Part shown: in pieces, positions 8,208-17,004 of the stretch | Layout: each line of letters begins with the position of its first letter | Position numbering within the stretch: the first letter of the stretch is position 1 | NCBI GenBank assembly: GCA_017610175.1 | Contig: JAFCCO010000001.1 | Span: forward strand, 86,213-150,212 | Reading direction: 5' to 3' | Origin: Candidatus Iainarchaeum sp. | Lineage (GTDB): Archaea > Iainarchaeota > Iainarchaeia > Iainarchaeales > GCA-2688035 | DNA length: 64,000 nucleotides | Notes under the pieces: model-generated | What the model saw: only the letters and a program-made list of their open reading frames with translations | What the model was told of the DNA's origin: nothing | Database searches by the model: none | Position numbers and translations under genes: made by a program

Positions 8208-8872
8208 TTCAATTCACCTAAACCAATTTTTCCTGTGTAAAGCGCCATTCCAATTACTGCCTTTACTCCGGATTCTTCAAGCTTTTCTGCCTCTTCCCTG
8301 CCTGAAATTCCTCCGGCTGCACTAATCTTATTTCTACAAACGCTTTTTAACCTTTTAATTGTTGCCCAGTCAGGCCCCTGCATTAATCCCTCCTTTTCAA
8401 TGCATGTGTAGAGGAATTCACCGCAGTATTGCCCAAGCCGTTTTGCCCGCTCAACAGGCCCTTCGTTCAATGCATTTTTCCAGCCCTGCACTGCAACCTT
8501 TCCCTCCCTGCTGTCTAATGCAACAATCACCCTCTCCCTCCCAAATTCTTCACATAATTTGGAAAGAAATTCTGGCTCTGCCCTTGTTCCAATAATTACT
8601 TTCTTTGCCCCTGCTTCAAAAACCCCTCTTGCTTTTTCCACTGAACGAATTCCTCCTCCAACTCTTGCGTTCACAATCCCGCAGATTTTTTTCACCTCTG
8701 CAAGATTGCTTCCCTGTTCCATTGCGGAATCCAAATCAATTACCTGAACCTCTTCAAATTCTGAAAAGCGCTGCGCAAACTCTGCCGGGGGCTCTGCAAT
8801 TGAGAGAGCAAGCCTTTTCCCCTGCTTCAGCTGAACAACTTTTTTGCCCATTAAGTCAATGCTTGGAATCAA
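8204..8872 (-). CDS. hisA: ProFAR isomerase HisA
   Basis: IPSIDL..KVVQLKQG, VIDLD, VGGGIRS, GT and AGGIS motifs. Confidence 0.93.
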   Translation of the reverse strand: MIPSIDLMGKKVVQLKQGKRLALSIAEPPAEFAQRFSEFEEVQVIDLDSAMEQGSNLAEVKKICGIVNARVGGGIRSVEKARGVFEAGAKKVIIGTRAEPEFLSKLCEEFGRERVIVALDSREGKVAVQGWKNALNEGPVERAKRLGQYCGEFLYTCIEKEGLMQGPDWATIKRLKSVCRNKISAAGGISGREEAEKLEESGVKAVIGMALYTGKIGLGELK

Positions 8873-9636
8873 ATTCTCACCTCCAGTCCCTTTTCTTTTA
8901 GAAACTCCTTTGCCTCTGCAATTGAGCAGTCTTCCCTCTGGAAAATGCCTGCCGCAAGAACTGCGTCAGCCTCTCCCTTGTCCAGCACCCCGTACAAGTC
9001 CTTTGGGCTTCCAGCTCCTCCTGACGCAATCACCGGAATTCCAACAGATTCACTTACCTCTTTTGTCAGCTTTAAGTCAAAGCCGCTGTTTGTGCCGTCT
9101 TTGTCCATGGACGTGAGCAGTATTTCTCCTGCCCCAAGCGATTCCGCCTGTTTTGCCCACTCAACCGCGTCTTTTTCAGTCAATTCCTTGCCCCCGTAGA
9201 TTGAACACTTCCAGCCTGAACCGCTGTGCTTTGCGTCAATTGCAACAACAACGGCTTGCCTTCCAAACTTTTTTGAAAGAGTGGTTATGAGTGATGGATT
9301 GAGCATTGCAGATGTGTTAATGCTTACCTTGTCCGCCCCCGCTTTGAACGCAGCAACTGCCTCTTCCTCTGAACTAATTCCCCCTCCGACTGTGAGCGGG
9401 ACAAAGACCTGCGCAGCGCTTTTCCTCACCACATCAAGCATTGTGCCCCGCCTTTCGGCTGAAGCCGTTATGTCAAGGAAGCAAATTTCGTCCGCTCCCC
9501 CCCTGTAATACTTTTCCGCAATTTTGCTTGGTTCCCCAACATACTTTAGTTCTGAGAACTTTGTTCCCTTTACCACCCTTGCGCTTTGGCCGCTTAAGTC
9601 GCAGTCAAGGCAGGGAATTATTCTTTTTGCAAGCAT
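8869..9636 (-). CDS. hisF: Imidazole glycerol phosphate synthase cyclase subunit
   Basis: MLAKRIIPCLD, GADEICFLDITAS, GADKVSINT, GEILLTSMDKDGT and IASGGAG motifs. Confidence 0.97.
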   Translation of the reverse strand: MLAKRIIPCLDCDLSGQSARVVKGTKFSELKYVGEPSKIAEKYYRGGADEICFLDITASAERRGTMLDVVRKSAAQVFVPLTVGGGISSEEEAVAAFKAGADKVSINTSAMLNPSLITTLSKKFGRQAVVVAIDAKHSGSGWKCSIYGGKELTEKDAVEWAKQAESLGAGEILLTSMDKDGTNSGFDLKLTKEVSESVGIPVIASGGAGSPKDLYGVLDKGEADAVLAAGIFQREDCSIAEAKEFLKEKGLEVRI

Positions 9637-9638
9637 TT

Positions 9639-10235
9639 TTATTTCACCTCCGTTTTTGCAAAATTTCTCAATATCTTTAGACCTGCGTTTCCGGACTTTT
9701 CCGGGTGGAACTGTGTTGCGGCAAGGTTTCCTTTCTGCACTGCTGCGCAGAACCTTTTTCCGTAAAACGATTCAGCCGCAATCGCTTCCTTTTCAGGGAC
9801 TGCAAAGAAGCTGTTTGCAAAGAAGAACCATTCTTCTCCAATTCCCTCAAACAATCCTCTGCTGCTTAAGGGAATTACCTGATTCCAGCCCATTTGCGGA
9901 ACCTTTTTTGCAACAGTGAACCTTTTCACGCTCCCCTTCAGCCGGCAAAGGCCCTCTCCCTTTGATTCCTCACTTTCCTCGAAGAGAATTTGCATTCCAA
10001 GGCAGATTCCGAGAAACGGCTTTTCAAGCGCAGCCCTTTTCAGTGCCTGCTCAATTCCATTTTCCCGAATTTTCTCCATTGCCTGCCCAAAGCTCCCTAC
10101 TCCTGGCAAAACAATTCTCTTTGCTTCAGCTATTTCCTTTGCTGTTGAAGCAAGGGTGGTTTCCTGCCCTATTTTCCTGAATGCGTTCTCAAGGCTCTGT
10201 ATGTTTCCGCAGCCGTAGTCAACTATTGCAATCAT
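9639..10235 (-). CDS. hisH: Imidazole glycerol phosphate synthase glutaminase subunit
   Basis: Real start at MIAIVDYGCGN (10235). LPGVGSF, GICLGMQ and QFHPEKS motifs. Confidence 0.95.
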   Translation of the reverse strand: MIAIVDYGCGNIQSLENAFRKIGQETTLASTAKEIAEAKRIVLPGVGSFGQAMEKIRENGIEQALKRAALEKPFLGICLGMQILFEESEESKGEGLCRLKGSVKRFTVAKKVPQMGWNQVIPLSSRGLFEGIGEEWFFFANSFFAVPEKEAIAAESFYGKRFCAAVQKGNLAATQFHPEKSGNAGLKILRNFAKTEVK

Positions 10236-10555
10236 TTCCTCACCCTCCCAAGAAAGCAGGTTTTCCTGTTCAAGTGGCAGGCGTTCCCCTTCTGCTTGAC
10301 CATGAAAAGCAGGGAATCCCTGTCGCAGTCGCTCAAAGCCAAAATAAGTTCCTGTGTGTTGCCGCTTGTTTCTCCCTTTTCCCAAAGCGATTGCCTGCTT
10401 CTGCTCCAGTAAATTCCCTTGCCTGCCCTCAGCGCCTTTGCAAGTGACTCTTTTGAGGAGTATGCAAGCATCAGCACCTTTCCCGAATCAATTTCCTGCA
10501 CTACGGTTGGAACAAGCCCGTTGCATTTCTCCCACTTAATTGCGTCGCTTTTCAT
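10232..10555 (-). CDS. hisI: Phosphoribosyl-AMP cyclohydrolase
   Basis: GLVPTVVQ, VLMLAY, YWSRSR..LWEKGETSGN, DCDRD and ACH motifs. Start MKSDAIKW at 10555 after GGAGG. Confidence 0.93.
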   Translation of the reverse strand: MKSDAIKWEKCNGLVPTVVQEIDSGKVLMLAYSSKESLAKALRAGKGIYWSRSRQSLWEKGETSGNTQELILALSDCDRDSLLFMVKQKGNACHLNRKTCFLGRVRK

Positions 10556-11402
10556 TGTTTCGCCTCCGCAATTCGTTGAACACCGCGTCAACCGAAACGC
10601 CCTGCTCCAGCAGTAACGCTGAAACAAAGTAGAGGAGATCAGCTGCTTCCCACACAACCTTGCTTTTCCTTCCCTCAAGTGCTGCCTCAATTAACTCAAA
10701 GCATTCCTCGTTGAGTTTCTTGCAGAGCAGGCTTTTGTTGGAAAGGAGTTTTCGCGTGAAACTTTTTGGGTTTGATGAAGCGCTTTCGCGCAAAGCATTT
10801 GCAAGCCCCTTCATTTCAAACGAATTCTCCTGCTTCTCCCCAATGAGAACGATGTCGCTTTCAAACACCTTCTCAAGAATTGAGAGCCCGCATTCGCGCA
10901 TTGCCTTTCCGGTGCAAACTACATCCAGGCACAAGTCTGCAATGCCCTGCTCAACCGCTCTCTCAAGGTTTCCGTTGACTTCCTTCACTTCAACGCTTAG
11001 GCCGTTGCGCCTCAGCTTCTCCAAATAGTTTTCGCTAAGAAGCCTGAACTTTGGGTTTACCGCACAGGAAACCGTTCCCTTTCCCTCCAGTTTTGTGGTC
11101 TCATATCCAAGCAGGCAGAGTGTTGGCTTTCCAAAGACCATTCCCGCTCCCCTCCAGGGAATCTTTTTGAGAATCGCGAGAGAGGTTTGCGTTCCAAGGC
11201 AGTATTCGGTGAAGAGATCTTCCCCTGTTATTCCAATCGCTTTGGAGCCGGCTGAATTCAGCTCGTCCACAAGCTTTGGAATGTCCTCCCCCCTAAACTC
11301 TATTGTTTCTGTATTCCCAAACCCTTCTTTCTTTATTGCTTTAAGGGACCTGTCCCTTAATCCACTGTTTTTTGGCAACAGCACTTTTGTGAAGTGAACC
11401 AC
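10536..11402 (-). CDS. hisG: Short-form ATP phosphoribosyltransferase fused to phosphoribosyl-ATP pyrophosphohydrolase (HisG-HisE)
   Basis: N-part LPK..G, RGEDIP, GITGEDL, GNLE, ADLCLDVVCTG..MRECGL (HisG). C-part SFTRKLL..KKLNEECFE..EAADLLYF (HisE). Confidence 0.85.
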   Translation of the reverse strand: MVHFTKVLLPKNSGLRDRSLKAIKKEGFGNTETIEFRGEDIPKLVDELNSAGSKAIGITGEDLFTEYCLGTQTSLAILKKIPWRGAGMVFGKPTLCLLGYETTKLEGKGTVSCAVNPKFRLLSENYLEKLRRNGLSVEVKEVNGNLERAVEQGIADLCLDVVCTGKAMRECGLSILEKVFESDIVLIGEKQENSFEMKGLANALRESASSNPKSFTRKLLSNKSLLCKKLNEECFELIEAALEGRKSKVVWEAADLLYFVSALLLEQGVSVDAVFNELRRRNNEKRRN

Positions 11403-11651
11403 CCTGCATTCTTACGTCTGTTTCTGATTTCATCTAGTTGCACCTCCGAAGTTATTGATGAAGTAAATCACTTTCAGAAAAAGAATTGGTTTGGCAAAGC
11501 CCTTTAGGGACCCATGCATCACCTCCACCAGAAGCAAAGCTGGCACACAGGCTTTTCCCGGGCAATATCTGAGTACTGTTGTTTTTTGGATTATTTAATG
11601 ATTTCCTTTTCCTGAGAATTTGCTGTTTTGTATTGATGGAAAAGGGTAAAG

Positions 11652-11724
11652 GGCCGCGGCCGGGAATCGAACCCGGTTCCATCGGACCACAACCGAAGAT
11701 CCTAACCGTTAGACTACCGCAGCC
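11652..11724 (-). tRNA. tRNA-His (GTG) with encoded G-1
   Basis: G-GCTGCGG...TCGG-TT-GTG-GT-CCGA...TTCGATT...CCGCGGC-C. Confidence 0.93.
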
Positions 11725-11959
11725 ATTGTTTTTTGTAATAGAATTTGTTTCTAAAAAGAAATAAGAAGCTTTCTTCACGCCGGATTGTTTAGCCTCAAGG
11801 CTGAAAAAATCATTTCTGCATTCTGCCTTTTTCGCCGTAAAAACAGCCGTGAAGTAAATCACTCATAATAAAATTGTCCACCAACTTCTATTTAAAGGTT
11901 TGCAGAATCCGGCTCCCAAACAATTAAATAAATCCAATTCACATAGTTATTTGGGAAAC

Positions 11960-12349
11960 ATGGCTTATACTGCTGGCGAGCGCGGAAAAGAAATGCGTGC
12001 GGAAAGGGCTGCGGAGGCGCGAGAGGGAAGAATGCTTACCATGCAGCGCACTCCGAAAATGATTCCGCAGCAAAGGCGTGCAAGCGCTTTTTTCAAGTTG
12101 CCTTTTATTGGCGGGCTTTTGCAGGCAATTTATGTTTGGGTTGCGGGAAGGGGCGTGTTTCGGGCAATTTCAAGAAGGCAGCCTTTGCGCAGGGCGCCAC
12201 ACGTTCCAGGCTCACGCTTCAGGCCGCTTCGCGCAAGAACGCGGAATGGTGCTTTGGCCCAAAGGCATGCAGGGCGGTTGGGTCCTGGTTCACGTGATTT
12301 TATGGCAAGAGCCACAAAGCCGAGTAATTTGAGGCGAAGGCATCGTTAA
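11960..12349 (+). CDS. Very Arg-rich small hypothetical protein with one hydrophobic segment
   Basis: Likely ATG at 11960 (MAYTAGERG) after a TTAAATAAA box. Contains LPFIGGLLQAIYVWVAG and ends RRRHR. Confidence 0.55.
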   Translation: MAYTAGERGKEMRAERAAEAREGRMLTMQRTPKMIPQQRRASAFFKLPFIGGLLQAIYVWVAGRGVFRAISRRQPLRRAPHVPGSRFRPLRARTRNGALAQRHAGRLGPGSRDFMARATKPSNLRRRHR

Positions 12350-12996
12350 AGCGACTGCCTTACTTTTTCTGCAATTTCCCTTTTTGCCAAAATCAGTATT
12401 TTTTGCCCTGGCTTTACAATCGTGTCCCCGTCGGGAATTACGAGGTTTTTGTTGTCCAAAAGTGCAACGATTGCTGAACCAGGTGGGTGCTCTATTTCTT
12501 TTACTTTCTTGTTTGCAATCTTGTGCTTTTCGGTTATTTCAATTTCCATTATTTCTGCGGCTCCCCTTGAAATGAACGCAAGGTCCAGCACACCTGGCTT
12601 TGTAATTAATTCGGCAATGTACCCTGCGGCAGCTGCCTCGGGGTGAATTACAATGTCTATTCCAAGCTTTTTCAAAACCTCTTCGTCGTAGTCAACTTTT
12701 CCGATTCTTGCCGCAACCTGTTCTGCCCCCAGCTCTTTTGCAAGCAGTGAAATGACCATGTTTGTTTCGTCCTGCCCTGTTAGTGCAACAACGGCGTCGC
12801 ATTCCTTTACCCCTGCTTTTTCAAGAACCCCTGGTTCTGTTCCGTCGCCCTGTGTTGCAATAATGTCAAGGTCGCGGCTTATTTTGTCGCACCTTTCCGC
12901 ACTCTTGTCTATTACAACCGCGTCATGCTCTTCCTCAAGCAAAAGCTGTGCAAGAAAGTATCCCACCTCTCCTGCGCCTATAATTATGATGTACAT
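12346..12996 (-). CDS. trkA: Trk potassium uptake RCK subunit
   Basis: IIIGAGEVG Rossmann motif, GDGTEP and TGQDETN, with a TrkA-C domain. Confidence 0.93.
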   Translation of the reverse strand: MYIIIIGAGEVGYFLAQLLLEEEHDAVVIDKSAERCDKISRDLDIIATQGDGTEPGVLEKAGVKECDAVVALTGQDETNMVISLLAKELGAEQVAARIGKVDYDEEVLKKLGIDIVIHPEAAAAGYIAELITKPGVLDLAFISRGAAEIMEIEITEKHKIANKKVKEIEHPPGSAIVALLDNKNLVIPDGDTIVKPGQKILILAKREIAEKVRQSL

Positions 12997-13039
12997 GTGC
13001 TATCGCTTTACTTAAGTTCTTTCCCGTATTTAATACCTT

Positions 13040-14518
13040 TCACTTTCTGGAGGCACGAAATGAAAGGGCAAAGCCTATTGCTGAAAGAATCGGCACTATT
13101 TCAAGCCTTCCGACCCACATGTTGAGTATTAGCATTATTTCAACGGCAAGAGGCATTCCTGCATGTGTTATTCCCGCCGAAATTCCGGCATTGCTTTGCG
13201 CTGAAACAACCTCAAACAAACTGTCCGCAAGAGTGTTTCCGTGAAGCGTTAAAACCATTACGCCTGCAACAATGAAAACCATCCAGATGAGGATGAACTG
13301 GTTTATTTCCTTTATTTCGCGAATCTCCAAATTCCGGCCCTCGAATTTTCTTGCAAAAAAGCTTTTGGCCGGCAAAATCGCTTCCTTTATTCTCCAGTAA
13401 ACCGATTTTACAAAAATTATGAACCTTGAAATTTTTATCCCGCCCGCTGTGCTTCCTGTGGAGCCGCCGATTAACATTACGCCCACAAGAACGAGCTTTA
13501 CAAAGTCGTCCCACTGCCTTATGTCTGATGCGGCAACGAGTGAAAAGCCGCCGCATGTCAGGGCTGAAAAAGAGTGGAAGAACGCATTTATGACAACATC
13601 AACATTTCCCCCGTAAAAGAGAACCATTTTGGGCAAAATCATAAATCCCCCCAAAAGCCCCAGAAGTATTAAGACCTTGAATTCTGCGTCATGCAAAAGA
13701 ATTCCGAGCCTTTTTTTCTTGAAGACCAGGTAGTGGACCGAGAAAGAGGTTGCACCCAAAATCATTATTAATATCAGGCTCAGGTCAATTGCAATAGGGT
13801 GTGCTCCAAGCAGGCCCTGTGACGTTATGTCCATTCCTGTTGTGCTGATTGCGGACATGCTGTAGTTTATTGCGGTAAACAATCCCATCCCGCTGAGGAA
13901 GAGAAGTATTACCCCGAAAATTGTAAGACCAATGTAAATGTTCCAGATTTCCTTAATTGTGTTCTTAATATTTGGCTTGATTCTTTCATCCCTGCCCTCC
14001 GCAGTGCTTAGCTTGCTTGCCCGGCTGTAGGTTGTAAGGATTCCTGTTAAAGCCATGATTACAATTCCAACCCCTCCAATCCAGGAGAGAATGCTTCTCC
14101 AGAACACAAGCGAGTTTGGGGCGTAGTCAATGCTAAAGCGCATTACGCTAAGTCCTGTTGTTGTCAGGGCAGACATTGCCTCAAAGTAGCCGTCTATAAA
14201 TGTCATTCCCTGCACGAGAACAAAGGGCATTGCGGAAATTCCGCAGTAAACAAGCCAGAAAATTGATGCAGTGAGAAACGCGTGTTTCAAATCCGTTTCC
14301 TGCGTGGGGGCAAAGGCGTTCCTTAATGCAAGCCCCACCGCAAACGCAACCCCTGCCGAAATTAGGTAGCCTATTGCGATGGAAAACGGCTCGCCGTAGT
14401 AAAGTGAAACAAGAAGCGGGGCAAGAAATGTTACCGCACTCCACTCAATCATTGTTCCAAGATCGCGAAGAACAACCCTTAAGTCCTCTTTTCCAAGCCG
14501 GATTAAACTAAAAGCCAT
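13040..14518 (-). CDS. trkH: Trk potassium uptake membrane subunit
   Basis: Pore motifs FEAMSALTTTG, SAISTTG, SALTCGGF, GGSTGSTAGGIK, SAQSNAG and MWVGRLE. Confidence 0.95.
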   Translation of the reverse strand: MAFSLIRLGKEDLRVVLRDLGTMIEWSAVTFLAPLLVSLYYGEPFSIAIGYLISAGVAFAVGLALRNAFAPTQETDLKHAFLTASIFWLVYCGISAMPFVLVQGMTFIDGYFEAMSALTTTGLSVMRFSIDYAPNSLVFWRSILSWIGGVGIVIMALTGILTTYSRASKLSTAEGRDERIKPNIKNTIKEIWNIYIGLTIFGVILLFLSGMGLFTAINYSMSAISTTGMDITSQGLLGAHPIAIDLSLILIMILGATSFSVHYLVFKKKRLGILLHDAEFKVLILLGLLGGFMILPKMVLFYGGNVDVVINAFFHSFSALTCGGFSLVAASDIRQWDDFVKLVLVGVMLIGGSTGSTAGGIKISRFIIFVKSVYWRIKEAILPAKSFFARKFEGRNLEIREIKEINQFILIWMVFIVAGVMVLTLHGNTLADSLFEVVSAQSNAGISAGITHAGMPLAVEIMLILNMWVGRLEIVPILSAIGFALSFRASRK

Positions 14519-14540
14519 GGAACAAATAGCTTCAAAGAAC

Positions 14541-15119
14541 TTAATAAAGGTTTTCAGGGCTTTGTCCCAATTGCTTTATTGCATGGTTATAAGCTGGTTC
14601 GGCTATTTTTCTTGCTTGCTCTGATGTTATCCGTTCAAACATCCAGTCCATCTTTCTTCTCACCTTTTCCTTTCCCAACTTATTTGCAAGCCCGGTGTGT
14701 TTGATGGCGTTTGTTTCAAAGTAGCTTATGCTGTCTGCATCCTTTATTAGGTTGGATTCGGCGTCTCCGCCAACCTCGTGCTTTCCAACCATGTTCTTGA
14801 TTCGCTCTATCTTGCCCTGTTCATACCCCTCTTTTTTCAGGAATTCGGAAACAATTCTTGCGCCCTCCCTCTGGTGCTCTTCCAGGATTTTGGGGTCATT
14901 GAATTCTTTTTCTTTAAATGTCTGCTCTGTGTTTGTTTTTCTAAAAGCCCTTGCAATGTCGTGGGCGTAGGCTGCGATAATAATCGCTTCGTCAGAATCA
15001 GGCTTTAGCCTTTGTGCCCAGCGGGCGGCGCTCTCAAAGTGCTCCAGGCTTTTGCCGGTTGCGCTTTTTTCATAGGACTCTTTAACAAATTGCTTTACCT
15101 TTTCCAGCATAATGCTCAC
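14541..15119 (-). CDS. HD-domain protein
   Basis: EH...AHDI...EH...KHE...DADS metal-binding pattern. Confidence 0.8.
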   Translation of the reverse strand: MSIMLEKVKQFVKESYEKSATGKSLEHFESAARWAQRLKPDSDEAIIIAAYAHDIARAFRKTNTEQTFKEKEFNDPKILEEHQREGARIVSEFLKKEGYEQGKIERIKNMVGKHEVGGDAESNLIKDADSISYFETNAIKHTGLANKLGKEKVRRKMDWMFERITSEQARKIAEPAYNHAIKQLGQSPENLY

Positions 15120-15696
15120 TAATTATTGGTTTCAATTTTTCAAGCAACAAATCAAATTTGGTATATCCTGCTTTTGAATTAAAGTGCCCTGCATTTGGCA
15201 CAAAATTTAATTTCACCCCAAGTTTTTTTGCTAGCTCCTCTCCGTTTCCAAGAGAAACATAGGGGTCTGTATCTGATTGGAAAACTTCAAAATAGCGGGC
15301 TTTATCTGTTATGGATTTCCATTCAAATGAAAAGCCACTGAAGCTGTTGTCTCGGTCATAATTTAAGATGGGGCGAACTCCAATCGGGGTTCCCACAAAA
15401 AAAGCCGCTTTAACGGGACTTTTCAATTTCTCCAATATTCGCAGTGCGAAAATTCCGCCCAAACTGTGCCCAATAAGAATGGTGTCTTTGCCAATATACT
15501 GTTTGTAATCTTTGAATACATCAAACCATTCGGTAATTTTTGCCGGAATTTTTGGAGGGGAAGGAAACTGTGGCACAAATACTGTGTAACCCTGTTTCTC
15601 TAATTTTTCCTTTAACCAAGGAAACCAGTTTTCCTCTGGATAGCCCTCTGTTCCATGAAAAATAAATGCGTTCTTTATGCTAATCCTTTTTTGCAT
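15082..15696 (-). CDS. RBBP9/YdeN-family alpha/beta hydrolase
   Basis: FIFHG, NWFPWL, GHSLGG nucleophile elbow, DPYV and GHF. True start about 15696; the ORF-track extension runs through two tRNAs. Confidence 0.88.
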   Translation of the reverse strand: MQKRISIKNAFIFHGTEGYPEENWFPWLKEKLEKQGYTVFVPQFPSPPKIPAKITEWFDVFKDYKQYIGKDTILIGHSLGGIFALRILEKLKSPVKAAFFVGTPIGVRPILNYDRDNSFSGFSFEWKSITDKARYFEVFQSDTDPYVSLGNGEELAKKLGVKLNFVPNAGHFNSKAGYTKFDLLLEKLKPIISEHYAGKGKAIC

Positions 15697-15699
15697 CAA

Positions 15700-15783
15700 T
15701 GCAGGGGGGAGGATTCGAACCCCCGAAGGCACTAAGCCACCAGGCCCTGAACCTGACTCCTTTGACCGCTCGGAAACCCCTGC
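15700..15783 (-). tRNA. tRNA-Leu (CAG)
   Basis: GCAGGGG...TCAGG-TT-CAG-GG-CCTGG, long variable arm, TTCGAAT, CCCCTGC-A. Confidence 0.95.
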
Positions 15784-15839
15784 GTTGCTTAATTTTTCTT
15801 GGTTGAAAGAGTTTATAAATTTCCTTGTAATTGAAAAAG

Positions 15840-15911
15840 CGTCCCCGCCGGGAATTGAACCCGGGTCGCAAGCTCCGCAAGCTTGTATGCTATCCACTAC
15901 ACTACAGGGAC
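15840..15911 (-). tRNA. tRNA-Arg (GCG)
   Basis: GTCCCTG...CAAGC-TT-GCG-GA-GCTTG...TTCAATT...CGGGGAC-G. Confidence 0.95.
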
Positions 15912-15942
15912 TTCTATAAATCAATTCGGCGGCGCAAACTAT

Positions 15943-16932
15943 TTAATTAGAACTTTTTGGTTCGGCCTCTTTAGGGGGAAGCAGTTTTTGAAGCAAGGCA
16001 GCGTAAATCATTGAAAGCGGCACCATTATGAAGTTGCCCACAAGCGAGAACCCCGCTATGAGGATGAGTCCGAAGAAAACCCAGATGAATTGCTCCATTG
16101 TCTTGATTCCGGGGATTGAGTTCTTGGCCATTTGGGTCAATTGCTTTGTGTCAATTTCCTGCCGGTTGCTTTCCAGCTGGCTTTTTACAAGTTCCTTAAA
16201 GCTTGGCTTGTAGAGCTCCTCCCTTAAAAGCAAAAGGCTCTGGAAGAACAGCACCGCATTCGGGTCTTCACTGTCCCCGAGCGCTGTAAATGTTGGCATT
16301 GATGTTATCTGCTCAACCTGTGCCTGCTGGCTTCTGACCAATGATTCCGCGACCGCATCAGTTACCTTCCCCTGCAGGTTCTGTCCCTCAAGAACCGGCT
16401 CAAGGAAAGCTGTTTCAAGATTTTCAATAAACTCTTCCTGCTGGGGCATGATGTACATTGCGGAGAGCACAATTAGGCTGATGTTTATGAGCATAAGGCT
16501 TTTTTTGAATGCTGAGGACGTTGCCCTTGCGGCCACCCATTTCTTCAGCTCCGCGTGCTTGAGTGAGGCTGTTCCAACCATTAGCGGAACCGAGATTACG
16601 TAAGCCACTTGCAGCACAAGAAACTGCTGGAATTGCGCAAAAATAAGGTTTGGGATTGCAAGCGCAATTACTGTGGCTGAGGTTGCAAGCAGAATTGCCT
16701 TCATCTTCTCCGCCTTTTTGCTGAGTAGGGAAATAAGTGCAATCGGGAGCGGTGCAGCTACCACAAAGAGAATGAACTGAATGCTTGAAACTATTTCAAA
16801 GGCTTTCTCCATCTTTAGGCCAAACAAATCCGGAACGCCAACCGCCGGCGCAAAAAGCATTGCCGCAAGCAAAGTTGTTACCGCGATTGCCGCAAAAAAA
16901 ACCTGTTCCTCTCTTGTTGGCCTAAACTCCAT
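15943..16932 (-). CDS. Multi-pass membrane protein of unknown function
   Basis: 329 aa with about five N-terminal hydrophobic segments, a soluble helical loop and a C-terminal TM. Confidence 0.75.
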   Translation of the reverse strand: MEFRPTREEQVFFAAIAVTTLLAAMLFAPAVGVPDLFGLKMEKAFEIVSSIQFILFVVAAPLPIALISLLSKKAEKMKAILLATSATVIALAIPNLIFAQFQQFLVLQVAYVISVPLMVGTASLKHAELKKWVAARATSSAFKKSLMLINISLIVLSAMYIMPQQEEFIENLETAFLEPVLEGQNLQGKVTDAVAESLVRSQQAQVEQITSMPTFTALGDSEDPNAVLFFQSLLLLREELYKPSFKELVKSQLESNRQEIDTKQLTQMAKNSIPGIKTMEQFIWVFFGLILIAGFSLVGNFIMVPLSMIYAALLQKLLPPKEAEPKSSN

Positions 16933-17004
16933 TCCAATCGTAATTCTAAGCGCTGAACTTGTTTATTAGGCTTGCGCCCGCATTCATTATGTAGAAGTCG
17001 GGGC

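Noticed and set aside
11452-11862. 136-aa ORF upstream of hisG
   Set aside because: It spans tRNA-His and has no protein-like features.
15697-15924. N-terminal extension of the 280-aa ORF, plus ORFs 15677-15919 and 15680-15880
   Set aside because: These frames run through tRNA-Leu and tRNA-Arg and are translation artefacts.
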